Of a DNA stretch of 37,066 bases, positions 1-9,663 are shown piece by piece (the first letter of the stretch is position 1; every line of letters starts with the position of its first letter). Location of the stretch: contig JBIIOS010000003.1 of NCBI GenBank assembly GCA_044336805.1, forward strand, positions 1-37,066. The letters run 5' to 3'. A program made the translations under genes and the position numbers. This DNA comes from Candidatus Nanopelagicales bacterium. GTDB lineage: Bacteria; Actinomycetota; Actinomycetes; S36-B12. The notes under the pieces were generated by a model that did no database searches, had not been told where the DNA came from, and saw only the letters and a program-made list of their open reading frames with translations.

Positions 1-393
1 GGCCGTTTGGTGCTTCCGGCCAAATATCGGGAGGGCCTGGCAGCCGGACTGGTTTTCACCCGCGGCCAAGAAAGATCGATCGTGGTGTGGCCGAGCGCTG
101 AGTTCGCCACCTATGCGGAGCGACTAAGTGTGGCTTCGCGTTCTGATTCCAGTGTCCGCGCCTATCTCCGAGTCCTGTTTTCGGGGGCGGTCGACGAAAT
201 CCCAGATCGTCAAGGTCGAGTGATGGTGCCCGCAGAGCTTCGCTCATACGCGGACCTCGATCGCGATGTAGTTGTCGTTGGTAATGGCAGCACCCTTGAA
301 ATTTGGAATGCCCCTGCGTGGGAGGAATACCTCTCGGGCCAAGAGGCTGGATTTTCCGCCTTGAGTGAGGAGGTAATTCCGGGAATCTTCTAA
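1..393 (+). CDS. mraZ: Division/cell wall cluster transcriptional repressor MraZ (5'-truncated by window edge)
   Basis: Frame open from base 1 (GRLVLPAKYR...); second AbrB-like repeat DRQGRVMVP and LEIW motif; first gene of a dcw cluster. Confidence 0.95.
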   Translation, partial: GRLVLPAKYREGLAAGLVFTRGQERSIVVWPSAEFATYAERLSVASRSDSSVRAYLRVLFSGAVDEIPDRQGRVMVPAELRSYADLDRDVVVVGNGSTLEIWNAPAWEEYLSGQEAGFSALSEEVIPGIF

Positions 394-399
394 TTCGGT

Positions 400-523
400 T
401 TGGCCAATGAGGTCTCCACCCGCTCTTTGATCCTGACATCACTTCCCCGATGTCAGGGCCCGCTACAGGCAACATGGTTTTGGCGAGAGTTGGTGATAGC
501 GGGCGGAGACCTGATTGAGCCAA
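400..523 (+). ncRNA. mraW RNA motif-like cis-regulatory structure
   Basis: Perfect 9-bp hairpin CCTGACATC(432-440)/GATGTCAGG(449-457) with loop ACTTCCCC; long outer stem 400-424 pairing with 498-523; lies between mraZ and rsmH (mraW), the known position and loop of the actinobacterial mraW motif. Confidence 0.8.
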
Positions 524-590
524 GCACGTCACTTCAGAAAAAAGCAATGAACCCGACCGCGAATCGTGTTCCACGAGGGAAGGAAAAAAA

Positions 591-734
591 ATGAGCACAA
601 TCAACGAATATCTCCACAATCAGGCCGACCTGATTCCTAGTGGAGTTCGCACCGGAGCATCTGTCGTTGCAGCCGGAATTGCCACTGGCAGCTTGGTCTA
701 TCTTTTGTCAATCCTCGTAGGGACCTGGGGATAA
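591..734 (+). CDS. Small (47 aa) putative single-pass membrane protein, not in ORF track
   Basis: ATG 591 to TAA 732-734: [47 protein letters not shown]; strong SD GGGAAGGA at 577-584; hydrophobic C-terminal half; stop 5 nt before rsmH ATG. Confidence 0.65.
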   Translation: MSTINEYLHNQADLIPSGVRTGASVVAAGIATGSLVYLLSILVGTWG

Positions 735-739
735 ACCAC

Positions 740-1726
740 ATGTCAACAGCGCCCCGCCATATACCGGTCCTCGCGGACCGGGTTTTGGCGTTGTTGGCTC
801 CAGCTCTGGATCAACCCAATGCGGTCCTCATTGACGCAACTTTGGGACACGGTGGACACAGCGAGATGGCACTTAACACTTTTCCACAACTCACCGTTAT
901 TGGTCTAGACCGGGATCTCAGTGCCGTTGAGTTATCTACTCAAAGACTGGCACCATTTGGATCGCGCGTGGTTCTTGTTCATGCGGTTTACGACCAAATT
1001 CCAGAAGTGCTTGCCGATAACAATTTTTCGGGTGCGCAAGGAGTTTTATTTGACCTCGGAGTTTCCAGCATGCAACTCGATGAACCTGAGCGCGGATTCT
1101 CTTATTCGGTGGACACTTTTTTGGATATGCGGATGGATCAATCCTGCGGAATCACTGCAGCCGAGGTGTTAAACACCTATGAGCCTGGGCAACTAGTACG
1201 AATTTTACGTAGTTTCGGTGATGAAAAATTTGCAACTCGAATCGTGGAACGTGTGGTCCGTGAACGCACGCTTGAGCCTTTTGATTATTCAGCTCGCCTC
1301 GTTGAGTTGATTAGAGACGCGATCCCGGCTGCTGCTCGCCGCACCGGTGGCAACCCTGCGAAGCGAACTTTTCAGGCTCTACGAATTGAAGTGAATTCCG
1401 AACTCGCCGTTCTGGAGAACGCGATCCCGCGCGCCATTGATTCACTCACAGTGGGTGGTCGCATCGTGGCAATGTCCTACCAGTCTCTTGAAGACAAAAT
1501 TGTCAAGCGGGTGTTCACTCAGCGCAGCGTGGCGAATGTTCCACATGACTTACCGGTGATACCAGACGCGGCTAAGCCTGAGCTAAAGCTTTTGACACGC
1601 AGCTCAGAAAAAGCAACCGAACAGGAGATTGCGCAGAACCCGCGCTCGGCTTCAGTTCGACTTCGTGCTGCAGAGCGCATTCGGATTCAGGACCTTTCCG
1701 AAAATCGAGAGGGAGTCGCCGCATGA
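740..1726 (+). CDS. rsmH: 16S rRNA m4C1402 methyltransferase RsmH (MraW)
   Basis: [42 protein letters not shown] and NPRSAS motifs. Confidence 0.97.
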   Translation: MSTAPRHIPVLADRVLALLAPALDQPNAVLIDATLGHGGHSEMALNTFPQLTVIGLDRDLSAVELSTQRLAPFGSRVVLVHAVYDQIPEVLADNNFSGAQGVLFDLGVSSMQLDEPERGFSYSVDTFLDMRMDQSCGITAAEVLNTYEPGQLVRILRSFGDEKFATRIVERVVRERTLEPFDYSARLVELIRDAIPAAARRTGGNPAKRTFQALRIEVNSELAVLENAIPRAIDSLTVGGRIVAMSYQSLEDKIVKRVFTQRSVANVPHDLPVIPDAAKPELKLLTRSSEKATEQEIAQNPRSASVRLRAAERIRIQDLSENREGVAA

Positions 1727-2358
1727 GCGCTGCACCGCATCTCGATCATTCCCTCGATCAGTCAACCGAATCCGTTACTGAGTACGCGACACGTGGAGTG
1801 CGCAAACGCACTCGTGAGAACCTGCGTTTGGTTGCGCCGATGCGAGTCCGTAAGGCAAGTAGAGGTGTGTTCGTAATTGTGCTTGCCAGTATTTTAGGTG
1901 TCGGCCTTTTCGGGATGCTCTTGATTAACACCACGTTGGCCCAAGGGGCATTCACTTTGAGTGAATTGAGATCCACCCAGTCCGAACTTAGTAGGGCGGA
2001 AGCGACTCTGATCGAGAGCGTTGCGGCCCTGGCGGCGCCCACGGTCTTGGAAGAAAAGGCACGCGAACTGGGAATGGTTCCAAGTTCTACTCCTGCGTTT
2101 ATTCAAATCCCCAGTGGAAAGATTTTGGGCAAGCCCAAACCTGCACCTGGAGTGCCTCGGGCAACACCCGCAGATGCGACGGTAGGTGAAGGTGTCGAAG
2201 CGCCTCCGAGTTCAGGTTTACCACCTGCCTTAGGGCAAACCTACGATCCAGCTGCAGCGGATTCCAAGAGGGCACCGGGTGAGTGGTCAGAGCCAACACT
2301 CATAAACTCTCAGGTGATAGTCGACGATCTCTCACTTGATTCAAATGCGGTGGAGTAG
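1723..2358 (+). CDS. ftsL: Cell division protein FtsL-like, with long Pro-rich C-terminal tail
   Basis: Single TM followed by coiled coil and [12 protein letters not shown]; position between rsmH and ftsI; ATGA overlap with rsmH stop. Confidence 0.8.
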   Translation: MSAAPHLDHSLDQSTESVTEYATRGVRKRTRENLRLVAPMRVRKASRGVFVIVLASILGVGLFGMLLINTTLAQGAFTLSELRSTQSELSRAEATLIESVAALAAPTVLEEKARELGMVPSSTPAFIQIPSGKILGKPKPAPGVPRATPADATVGEGVEAPPSSGLPPALGQTYDPAAADSKRAPGEWSEPTLINSQVIVDDLSLDSNAVE

Positions 2359-2388
2359 GTCGTACGTGAAGTTAATGGCTGCGCATCC

Positions 2389-4182
2389 ATGAACTCAAAT
2401 AGGGATGGACGTAACTTTAGTGATTTTGGACGTAACTTTAGTGATTACGGTGCAGCCAGAATCGACTTAGGTAATACCCGCAAGCGAGGAACCGCTCTCA
2501 TCGTGGCATCAACCCTGATTCTGATGATTTTTGCGGGCCGACTTGTTGACTTACAGGCTGTTCAAGGCGGCAAGCTTGCTTCTGCGGCGCTGGACCAAAG
2601 ACTGAAAACCGTTGAATTACCGGCTGAACGCGGGTCGATTTTGGATTCATCGGGTGAACCCTTAGCCATAACTGTCGAAGCTAAGAATGTAACGGCTGAT
2701 CAAACAATGGTCACGGATCCGATTGTGGTGGCACAGGCCCTTTCTCCAATTCTCGGAGCAGATGCCGATATTTTGGCACATCGATTAACGGGAGACCGCC
2801 GCTTCATGTATCTGGCGAAGGAAGTTACTCCACAAACTTGGGAACAGATTTCGGCATTGCGTTTGCCGGGAATATTCAGTGAGAATACTTCGCGACGAAT
2901 CTACCCTGCCGGGGAACTCGCTGCGAACGTCATTGGATTTGTGGGCGCGCAAGGATATGGTCTTGGTGGGTACGAATACGCCTTCAATGATCAACTCAGC
3001 GGTACGCCGGGAGAAACAACCTACGAACGGGGACCAGGGGGTAGGGCAATCCCCACCGGATCATCCGTTCGGGTAGATGCCCAACCTGGCGTTGACATTG
3101 AGCTCACAATTGATCGCGACATTCAATATTTTGCCCAAAAGGAAATCGCATTGGCGGTTCGGAATTCCGGTGCAATTGACGGAACCGTTGTAGTCATGGA
3201 CCCACAAAGCGGACACATTTTAGCCTTGGCAACCGCTCCCACTTTTGACCCCAATTTCCCGACTCAAAGTACCCAGAAAAACCTCAACAACAGACCATTA
3301 ACTTCGGCATTTGAACCGGGTTCGACAAGCAAAGTTATGACTCTGGCCGCCGTCATAAATGAAGGCGCAGCAACTCCTTACACACCAATTAAAGTCCCTG
3401 GTTCCTTGTCTCGAGGCGACAAAAAATTCCATGATGCGATCCCGCATGGAAACATCAACTTGACACTCAGCGGCGTGATGGCAAAGTCCAGTAATATCGG
3501 AACGATTCTGGCTGCCGAACGGATAGGTGGGAAAAAGCTTTCCAAATATCTAAAGAAATTTGGGATAGGCCAGCCAACCGGGCTGGGATTTCCGGGGGAA
3601 ACCAATGGTTTTGTTCCTGATTACGAAGACTGGTCGCAAACGTCATTTCCTACAATTGCCTTCGGTCAGGGTCTGAGCGTCAATGCTGTACAGGTAGCGA
3701 GCGTTTTCTCAACCATTGCAAATGACGGCTTGCGTGTTGAGCCATCCCTAGTCAAAAGAATCGTTCATGTAGACGGCAGTGATGAAGAACTCGAGGCGCC
3801 AGTCACAACACGTGTGGTTTCACGTGAGACGGCGATTCAGGTCAGGGCAATGCTGGAAAGTGTGGTTGGTGAAGGTGGAACAGCAACAAATGCCAAAATT
3901 CCTGGCTACCGCGTTGGAGGTAAGACGGGCACCGCCCAAGTTATTGACGAACAGACGGGTGAATACAGCGATCAAGTTGTTGCATCATTTGCTGGCATGG
4001 TGCCGGCGGATGACCCGCAACTTGTTGTCGCGGTGTTTATCTCGCAACCTCGAAATGGCCGTTACGGTGGTGAGCTAGGTGGGCCGGTCTTCAAAAAAGT
4101 CGCCAAATACGCACTTGGCGCGTTAGAGATCCCCCCTACAGGTTCACACGCACCTAAACTTGCCTTGACTTTTGGGGGCTAA
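2389..4182 (+). CDS. ftsI: Class B penicillin-binding protein FtsI (PBP3)
   Basis: N-terminal TM, RGSILD dimerisation domain, SxxK (EPGSTSK), SxN (SSN) and KTG (GKTGTAQ) motifs. Confidence 0.95.
   Translation: MNSNRDGRNFSDFGRNFSDYGAARIDLGNTRKRGTALIVASTLILMIFAGRLVDLQAVQGGKLASAALDQRLKTVELPAERGSILDSSGEPLAITVEAKNVTADQTMVTDPIVVAQALSPILGADADILAHRLTGDRRFMYLAKEVTPQTWEQISALRLPGIFSENTSRRIYPAGELAANVIGFVGAQGYGLGGYEYAFNDQLSGTPGETTYERGPGGRAIPTGSSVRVDAQPGVDIELTIDRDIQYFAQKEIALAVRNSGAIDGTVVVMDPQSGHILALATAPTFDPNFPTQSTQKNLNNRPLTSAFEPGSTSKVMTLAAVINEGAATPYTPIKVPGSLSRGDKKFHDAIPHGNINLTLSGVMAKSSNIGTILAAERIGGKKLSKYLKKFGIGQPTGLGFPGETNGFVPDYEDWSQTSFPTIAFGQGLSVNAVQVASVFSTIANDGLRVEPSLVKRIVHVDGSDEELEAPVTTRVVSRETAIQVRAMLESVVGEGGTATNAKIPGYRVGGKTGTAQVIDEQTGEYSDQVVASFAGMVPADDPQLVVAVFISQPRNGRYGGELGGPVFKKVAKYALGALEIPPTGSHAPKLALTFGG
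2406..2446 (+). repeat. 21-bp-period tandem duplication at ftsI 5' end
   Basis: TGGACGTAACTTTAGTGATT at 2406-2425 and 2427-2446; encodes GRNFSDF/GRNFSDY. Confidence 0.95.
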
Positions 4183-4183
4183 C

Positions 4184-5677
4184 GTGAATTCGACTTCGGT
4201 TGTCGAGATTGCTTCACTTATCGGTGGCCAATTCTCGGGGGATTCAAGTGTTGTGGTCACTGGTGTTTCATTGGATTCCGCGGCAACCCAAGAGGGTGAT
4301 TTATTTGCTGCGCTTCCCGGGCGAAATGTTCACGGAGCTCGCTTTATAGAGCAGGCAATTCAACGTGGAGCATCAGCAATTTTAACCGATCCTGTGGGTA
4401 TTCAACTTATGAAAGAATTTGATAACTCGTTCGGGATTCCCGTGATTGAGGTGCGCGATCCACGGGTTTGTCTTGGTGTGGTCTGCAAATTGGTTTACGG
4501 GGATCCGACTTCCGACATAATCGTGATCGGCGTTACGGGAACCAATGGGAAAAGCACCACGACCAGCATGATTTATCAGGCGGCGCGCGCCGTTGGTATG
4601 AGTGCCGGACTTGTCGGCACCCTCGCAACATTGATTAATGATGAAGAATTGGCGAGTACGCGAACAACCCCTGAGGCTCCTGACCTTTATCGCACACTTG
4701 CACGAATGAAGGCTGCTGGAGTGAAAATTATCGCAATGGAGGTTTCCAGCATTGCCTTGTCTGAGCATCGAGTTAGTGGATTGAAATTCGATTGCGTTGC
4801 CTTCACGAACCTTTCACATGATCATCTTGATTACCACGGTTCAATGTCTGAATACTTTGCAGCTAAAGCGCAACTTTTTACACCAAAATTTGGGCGATTT
4901 GCGCTCATTTGCACGGATAGCCCGTGGGGTGTTGAACTCTGCGCACAAGCCACAATTCCCTATGAATCAGTGGGTACGGTGGGAACGCCTAATTGGAAAA
5001 TTAGCCGTGGCATTTCTACGCCATTAAATTCTTCCTGGAAAATCAACGGGCCACGTGATGAATTCAGTTTTGACTCGATGGCCATGCCAGGACAAATTAA
5101 CGTCCTAAATGCCGTGCTAGCAATGTCAATTCTGGATCACGTGGGTGTCCGCGGCCGTGATGTAGTCCAGGCAATATGCAGGGCAACCGTTCCGGGTAGG
5201 GGTGAGTTGGTCGGAACACGTGGTGATGTTTCATTTTTTGTTGACTACGCCCATTCACCTGAGTCTGTTGAGGAGTTTTTGACCGGCCTGAATAACGAAT
5301 TCAGTGGGCGAATCATTACGGTCTTAGGCGCTGGTGGGGATCGAGACGCGAGTAAGCGTTCGTCCATGGGGCGTGTGGGAGCAAGCCTGTCCGATATCTT
5401 GATTGTCACAGATGACAATCCGCGTTCGGAGGATCCAGCCCAGATTCGCAAACAGATCATTCAGGGCGTTGAAGGTTCATCACGATCGCAGTTAATCGAA
5501 ATAGGCGATAGGCGTGAGGCGATTGCTCGGGCTCTGGAATTAGCCGATGGCCACGACGTCGTGGCTATTCTGGGCAAAGGTCACGAGCGAGGTCAGGAGA
5601 TCATGGGCCAAACGATTGCATTTAGTGATGTCGACATCGTTCGCGAACTTTTGAGGAACGAGGGTCATCATGATTGA
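4184..5677 (+). CDS. murE: UDP-MurNAc-dipeptide--2,6-diaminopimelate ligase MurE
   Basis: GVTGTNGKST, TTPE, MEVSS, HLDYH, VDYAH and DNPR (DAP-type) motifs; GTG 4184 chosen from upstream GGGGG SD. Confidence 0.95.
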   Translation: MNSTSVVEIASLIGGQFSGDSSVVVTGVSLDSAATQEGDLFAALPGRNVHGARFIEQAIQRGASAILTDPVGIQLMKEFDNSFGIPVIEVRDPRVCLGVVCKLVYGDPTSDIIVIGVTGTNGKSTTTSMIYQAARAVGMSAGLVGTLATLINDEELASTRTTPEAPDLYRTLARMKAAGVKIIAMEVSSIALSEHRVSGLKFDCVAFTNLSHDHLDYHGSMSEYFAAKAQLFTPKFGRFALICTDSPWGVELCAQATIPYESVGTVGTPNWKISRGISTPLNSSWKINGPRDEFSFDSMAMPGQINVLNAVLAMSILDHVGVRGRDVVQAICRATVPGRGELVGTRGDVSFFVDYAHSPESVEEFLTGLNNEFSGRIITVLGAGGDRDASKRSSMGRVGASLSDILIVTDDNPRSEDPAQIRKQIIQGVEGSSRSQLIEIGDRREAIARALELADGHDVVAILGKGHERGQEIMGQTIAFSDVDIVRELLRNEGHHD

Positions 5678-7136
5678 TTTCACTGGACAACAACTTATTG
5701 AAATCACGGGTGGAACTCTCACTAACTGCGATCATGAACTTGCCCTCAGTGTTCCCGGATTTTACGTTGATTCTCGAAGCCCTATTGAAAATGGGATTTT
5801 TGTGGCGCTCGCCGGTGAAAAAGTTGATGGACATATTTTTTTGGCGGATGTTAAAGCGGCTGGAGCATCTTTAGCCATTGTCGCAACAGGCTCAAGTGCG
5901 CCACCCCCAGAAGGCCTACCGTTGCTTCATGTTCTGGACCCTTTGATTGCTCTAGGTCAGATTGCTCATTGGGTGCGCGTTAATGTACTCACGGCTAAGG
6001 TCATCGGCATTACGGGTTCCAGTGGGAAAACTACAACGAAGGACTTAATTGCTGGCATATTGGGCCAGTACGGCCGATGCGTTTCCCCTCCTGGGTCATT
6101 CAACACAGAGGTAGGTTTACCACTCACTATCCTGAGTGCTGATGCTCAGACTGAATTTCTGGTACTTGAAATGGGCATGCGTGGACTGGACCATATCGCC
6201 ACTCTGTGTGAAATCGCTGAACCTGATCTTGGTGTTGTGCTCAACGTCGGATCTGCACATATTGAAATGTTGGGCAGCATCGAGAATATCGCCGTTGCGA
6301 AGTCAGAGCTGGTTCGTTCCCTACCCGTTACCGGACTAGCTATCCTGAATCAAGATGACCCATATGTTGCGCGGATGAGCGAAGGACTGAAATGCTCACA
6401 GCTAACATTTGGAGAGACCCAAGGCAGTGACTTCTACGCCAGCGAGATAAACATTGAACCTGATGGAACAACTCGATTTCTCGTCACATACCAGGATGTT
6501 TCACAAATGACCCACGTAAAATTAGTTGGTGAACACTATGTCGCAAACGCGTTGGCGGCCCTTTGCGCAAGTGTTGGTGTGGGAGTGCCGATTGAGACTG
6601 CTTGCAAACTACTCAGTAATGTGAATGTGGTCAGTAAGTGGCGCATGGAAGTAACCGAGGCCACAAATGGGTTAACCGTTATCAACGACGCCTACAACGC
6701 CAATCCGGAATCGATGCGAGCAGCACTCAAGACCCTGGCTCAATTGGGCTCTCGCGGTCCGCGGCGGCGTACATGGGCGATTCTTGGGGAGATGCGGGAA
6801 TTAGGTGAATACTCCGTTGATGCACACGACGCGATCGGCAGATTAGCCGTCCGTCTCGATATATCTCGTTTGGTTTGTGTGGGCGCGGCCACGAAAGTAA
6901 TGCACCTGGCGGCTGCGAATGAAGGATCTTGGGGTGAAGAGTCGGTCTGGGTTTCCGACATCGACGGCGTAATGACGTTATTGGCTAATGAGTTGCAGCC
7001 GGGCGACATCGTATTGGTAAAGGCATCGCGATCAATCGGCCTTGACCGTGTGGCCAGCGAGGTTCTGGAGCTTTCATTAAGTAGTGTTATGGAGGACTTT
7101 GAGTTGGGGACTGATCGAGAGCAGGGAACTCCATGA
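5670..7136 (+). CDS. murF: UDP-MurNAc-tripeptide--D-Ala-D-Ala ligase MurF
   Basis: GITGSSGKTTTKD, LEMGM, NDAYNANPESM, LVKASR. Confidence 0.96.
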   Translation: MIDFTGQQLIEITGGTLTNCDHELALSVPGFYVDSRSPIENGIFVALAGEKVDGHIFLADVKAAGASLAIVATGSSAPPPEGLPLLHVLDPLIALGQIAHWVRVNVLTAKVIGITGSSGKTTTKDLIAGILGQYGRCVSPPGSFNTEVGLPLTILSADAQTEFLVLEMGMRGLDHIATLCEIAEPDLGVVLNVGSAHIEMLGSIENIAVAKSELVRSLPVTGLAILNQDDPYVARMSEGLKCSQLTFGETQGSDFYASEINIEPDGTTRFLVTYQDVSQMTHVKLVGEHYVANALAALCASVGVGVPIETACKLLSNVNVVSKWRMEVTEATNGLTVINDAYNANPESMRAALKTLAQLGSRGPRRRTWAILGEMRELGEYSVDAHDAIGRLAVRLDISRLVCVGAATKVMHLAAANEGSWGEESVWVSDIDGVMTLLANELQPGDIVLVKASRSIGLDRVASEVLELSLSSVMEDFELGTDREQGTP

Positions 7137-8200
7137 GGCTAGTCGTTATTGCGGGTGCGATAGCGACTTTAATTTCTTTTCTTGGAACACCTCTGCTCAT
7201 CAATCTGCTTCGCAAACACGGCTATTCCCAAGCGATTCGAGCTTCACAGGAAGGCCGGCTTTATCCCGCGCACGAAGGGAAGCGCGGCACACCATCAATG
7301 GGTGGAATCGCCATAATCGTAGCTGTACTTGGGGGGTACTTCCTCACACATTTAGTCACCTGGCGACCGGTTTCAATCTCAGCGTTGCTTGTTCTCTACC
7401 TCATGGTCGGGCTGGGCTTGGTGGGTTTTGCCGATGACTATTTAAAGATTTTCAAGCAAAGAAGTACGGGACTTAGGGCAAGGACGAAGCTGATTGGCCA
7501 GGCGGTTGTAGCGTTTTCTTTTGCGTATTTATCCGTTCAATTCCCCGATGCAGCGGGAAACACAGCGGCTTCAATGGCTATTTCTTTTGTTCGTGATACG
7601 AACATCATCCTGCCGTTAGGACTGTTTCTGCTGTGGGTGTGGTTCCTTGTGACGGCAACAACCAATGGGGTCAATCTCACAGATGGCCTTGACGGATTAG
7701 CTGTAGGTGCGGCGATCATGAGTTTCTTGGCTTATGTATTACTCGCCATTTGGCAATATGGACAAAATTGCGCGTTTGAAGTCACTGAATTTTGTTACAA
7801 CACTCAAAATCCACTTGATTTAGCAATGGTTGCGGCTGCTACGGCTGGCGCAAGCTTTGGTTTCTTGTGGTTCAACACTGCCCCCGCCCGAATCTTTATG
7901 GGAGACACGGGCTCACTCGCTTTGGGTGGTGGAATCGCAGGCCTAGCGGTGCTCACTCGCACAGAACTTCTGTTGCCGCTCCTTGCAGGCCTTTTCCTCA
8001 TCACAACTTTATCTGTGATTGGACAAGTCGGATCTTATAAATTAACGGGCAAAAGAATTTTTCGGATGGCACCCCTTCACCATCACTTCGAGATGCTGGG
8101 GTGGCCTGAGATCCAGATAGTTGTGAGGTTCTGGATCATCCAGGGTCTGTGTATTGGTGCGGGTCTGACTATTTTCTACGCAGAGTGGGTTAGGGCCTAA
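7133..8200 (+). CDS. mraY: Phospho-MurNAc-pentapeptide transferase MraY
   Basis: KRGTPSMGG, DDYLK, NLTDGLDGL, FMGDTGS, MAPLHHHFE; multi-TM. Confidence 0.97.
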   Translation: MRLVVIAGAIATLISFLGTPLLINLLRKHGYSQAIRASQEGRLYPAHEGKRGTPSMGGIAIIVAVLGGYFLTHLVTWRPVSISALLVLYLMVGLGLVGFADDYLKIFKQRSTGLRARTKLIGQAVVAFSFAYLSVQFPDAAGNTAASMAISFVRDTNIILPLGLFLLWVWFLVTATTNGVNLTDGLDGLAVGAAIMSFLAYVLLAIWQYGQNCAFEVTEFCYNTQNPLDLAMVAAATAGASFGFLWFNTAPARIFMGDTGSLALGGGIAGLAVLTRTELLLPLLAGLFLITTLSVIGQVGSYKLTGKRIFRMAPLHHHFEMLGWPEIQIVVRFWIIQGLCIGAGLTIFYAEWVRA

Positions 8201-9663
8201 TGCGTAATCTTGATGAGCTGACTTCCCGTGACGCTGACTGGTCATCACTTCGCGTTGGCGTTTTAGGCCTGGGCATCGCCGGATTTGCAGCGGCGGACGC
8301 CCTCATGCAACTGGGATCACAGGTAAGCATTGTTGACTCCTCATCAAATGATGCAGTTAGTGAACGCGCCAATATTCTCGGTTCCCTGGGTGCGTCGGTT
8401 TTCTTAAATGCCAGCGAACTGCCCGAAGAGAGTTTTGACCTGGTGGTGACATCCCCGGGATTGCCTCCCCAACACCACTTTCATAAACAGGCGGATCTAA
8501 ATGGAATTCCCATCTGGGGTGAACTCGAATTGGCGTGGCGGATTCGGCCGAAAATTGGTGGCGCGGAATGGCTGTGCGTCACCGGTACAAATGGCAAGAC
8601 CACGACAACACTTATGCTGGAATCTATTTTGCGATCTACTGGGCTACGTACGGAGGCAGCTGGAAACATTGGTCACTCCCTTGTAGGTGTCGTTATGCAT
8701 GACGAGCTAGATGTGATTGCGGTGGAGGTGGGTGCCCCTCAGTTGCCATTTGTGCACACCATGAGCCCATGGGCGTCGGTTTGTCTAAATATTGCATCGG
8801 ATCACATTGATCATTTTGGAAATTTCAATCAATATGCACAAGCAAAAGCTCGCATTTATGAGCGAACTCAATTTGCAGCCGTGTACAACGGCCATGAGGA
8901 TGCAACGTTGTCCATGGTCGAAGCAGCCGATGTAGTAGAGGGCTGCCGCGCGGTGGGCTTTACTCGAGGAATTCCCGGGTTGAGCGAGTTGGGCGTGGTT
9001 GACGGCGCCCTCGTTGACCGTGCATTTATTTCCAATCGCCGGGATTACGCCCAAGAATTGGCACTCGTGAGTGATGTCCATCCTTCGGGTGAACACAACA
9101 CGGAGAATGCACTCGCTGCCGCGGCTCTTGCTCGTGCTTTTGGTGCCATGAATGCGGGGGAGGAGAATCGTGTATCGCCGAAAGCGGTGCGTGATGGCCT
9201 TCGTGACTTTAGCCCCGCACCACATCGAAATGCGTTGGTTTCTAGCGCTCGGGGGGTCACCTATATTGATGACTCAAAAGCGACAAATGCGCATGCGGCC
9301 CACAAATCCTTGTCGTCTTACCCTTCGGTTATTTGGATAGCTGGAGGATTGGCTAAAGGGCAGGATTTTGATGACCTGGTGTTGGCTCATGCAGACCGGA
9401 TTAAATTGGCAATTCTGCTGGGAACTGACGCTCCAGTGATCGCCGATGCCCTCACTCGACACGCCCCAAATGTCCCAGTAATCACACTGGTCACTCGAGA
9501 GACTAGTGCCATGACGCAGGCGGTGCAGATCGCCCACGAACGAGCCGTCAGCGGTGACACGGTCTTGCTGGCACCCGGCTGCGCTTCATGGGACATGTTT
9601 ACCAACTATTCCGAACGCGGTGACATGTTTGCCAGCGCGGTATTGAATGAATTGGGCCGCTAA
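8200..9663 (+). CDS. murD: UDP-MurNAc-L-Ala--D-Glu ligase MurD
   Basis: VTGTNGKTTT, GNIG, DHID, DDSKATN, ASWDMF..Y.ERG. Confidence 0.95.
   Translation: MRNLDELTSRDADWSSLRVGVLGLGIAGFAAADALMQLGSQVSIVDSSSNDAVSERANILGSLGASVFLNASELPEESFDLVVTSPGLPPQHHFHKQADLNGIPIWGELELAWRIRPKIGGAEWLCVTGTNGKTTTTLMLESILRSTGLRTEAAGNIGHSLVGVVMHDELDVIAVEVGAPQLPFVHTMSPWASVCLNIASDHIDHFGNFNQYAQAKARIYERTQFAAVYNGHEDATLSMVEAADVVEGCRAVGFTRGIPGLSELGVVDGALVDRAFISNRRDYAQELALVSDVHPSGEHNTENALAAAALARAFGAMNAGEENRVSPKAVRDGLRDFSPAPHRNALVSSARGVTYIDDSKATNAHAAHKSLSSYPSVIWIAGGLAKGQDFDDLVLAHADRIKLAILLGTDAPVIADALTRHAPNVPVITLVTRETSAMTQAVQIAHERAVSGDTVLLAPGCASWDMFTNYSERGDMFASAVLNELGR

Noticed and set aside
400-594. 64-aa plus-strand ORF and the overlapping 187-aa minus-strand ORF (56-619)
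   Set aside because: They overlie the structured mraW-type RNA and mraZ, have no recognisable motifs, and the 591-734 ORF has much better start signals.
1741-1763. 12-bp imperfect repeat (LDHS/LDQS) at the ftsL 5' end
   Set aside because: Too short and degenerate to separate from neutral slippage in a disordered tail.
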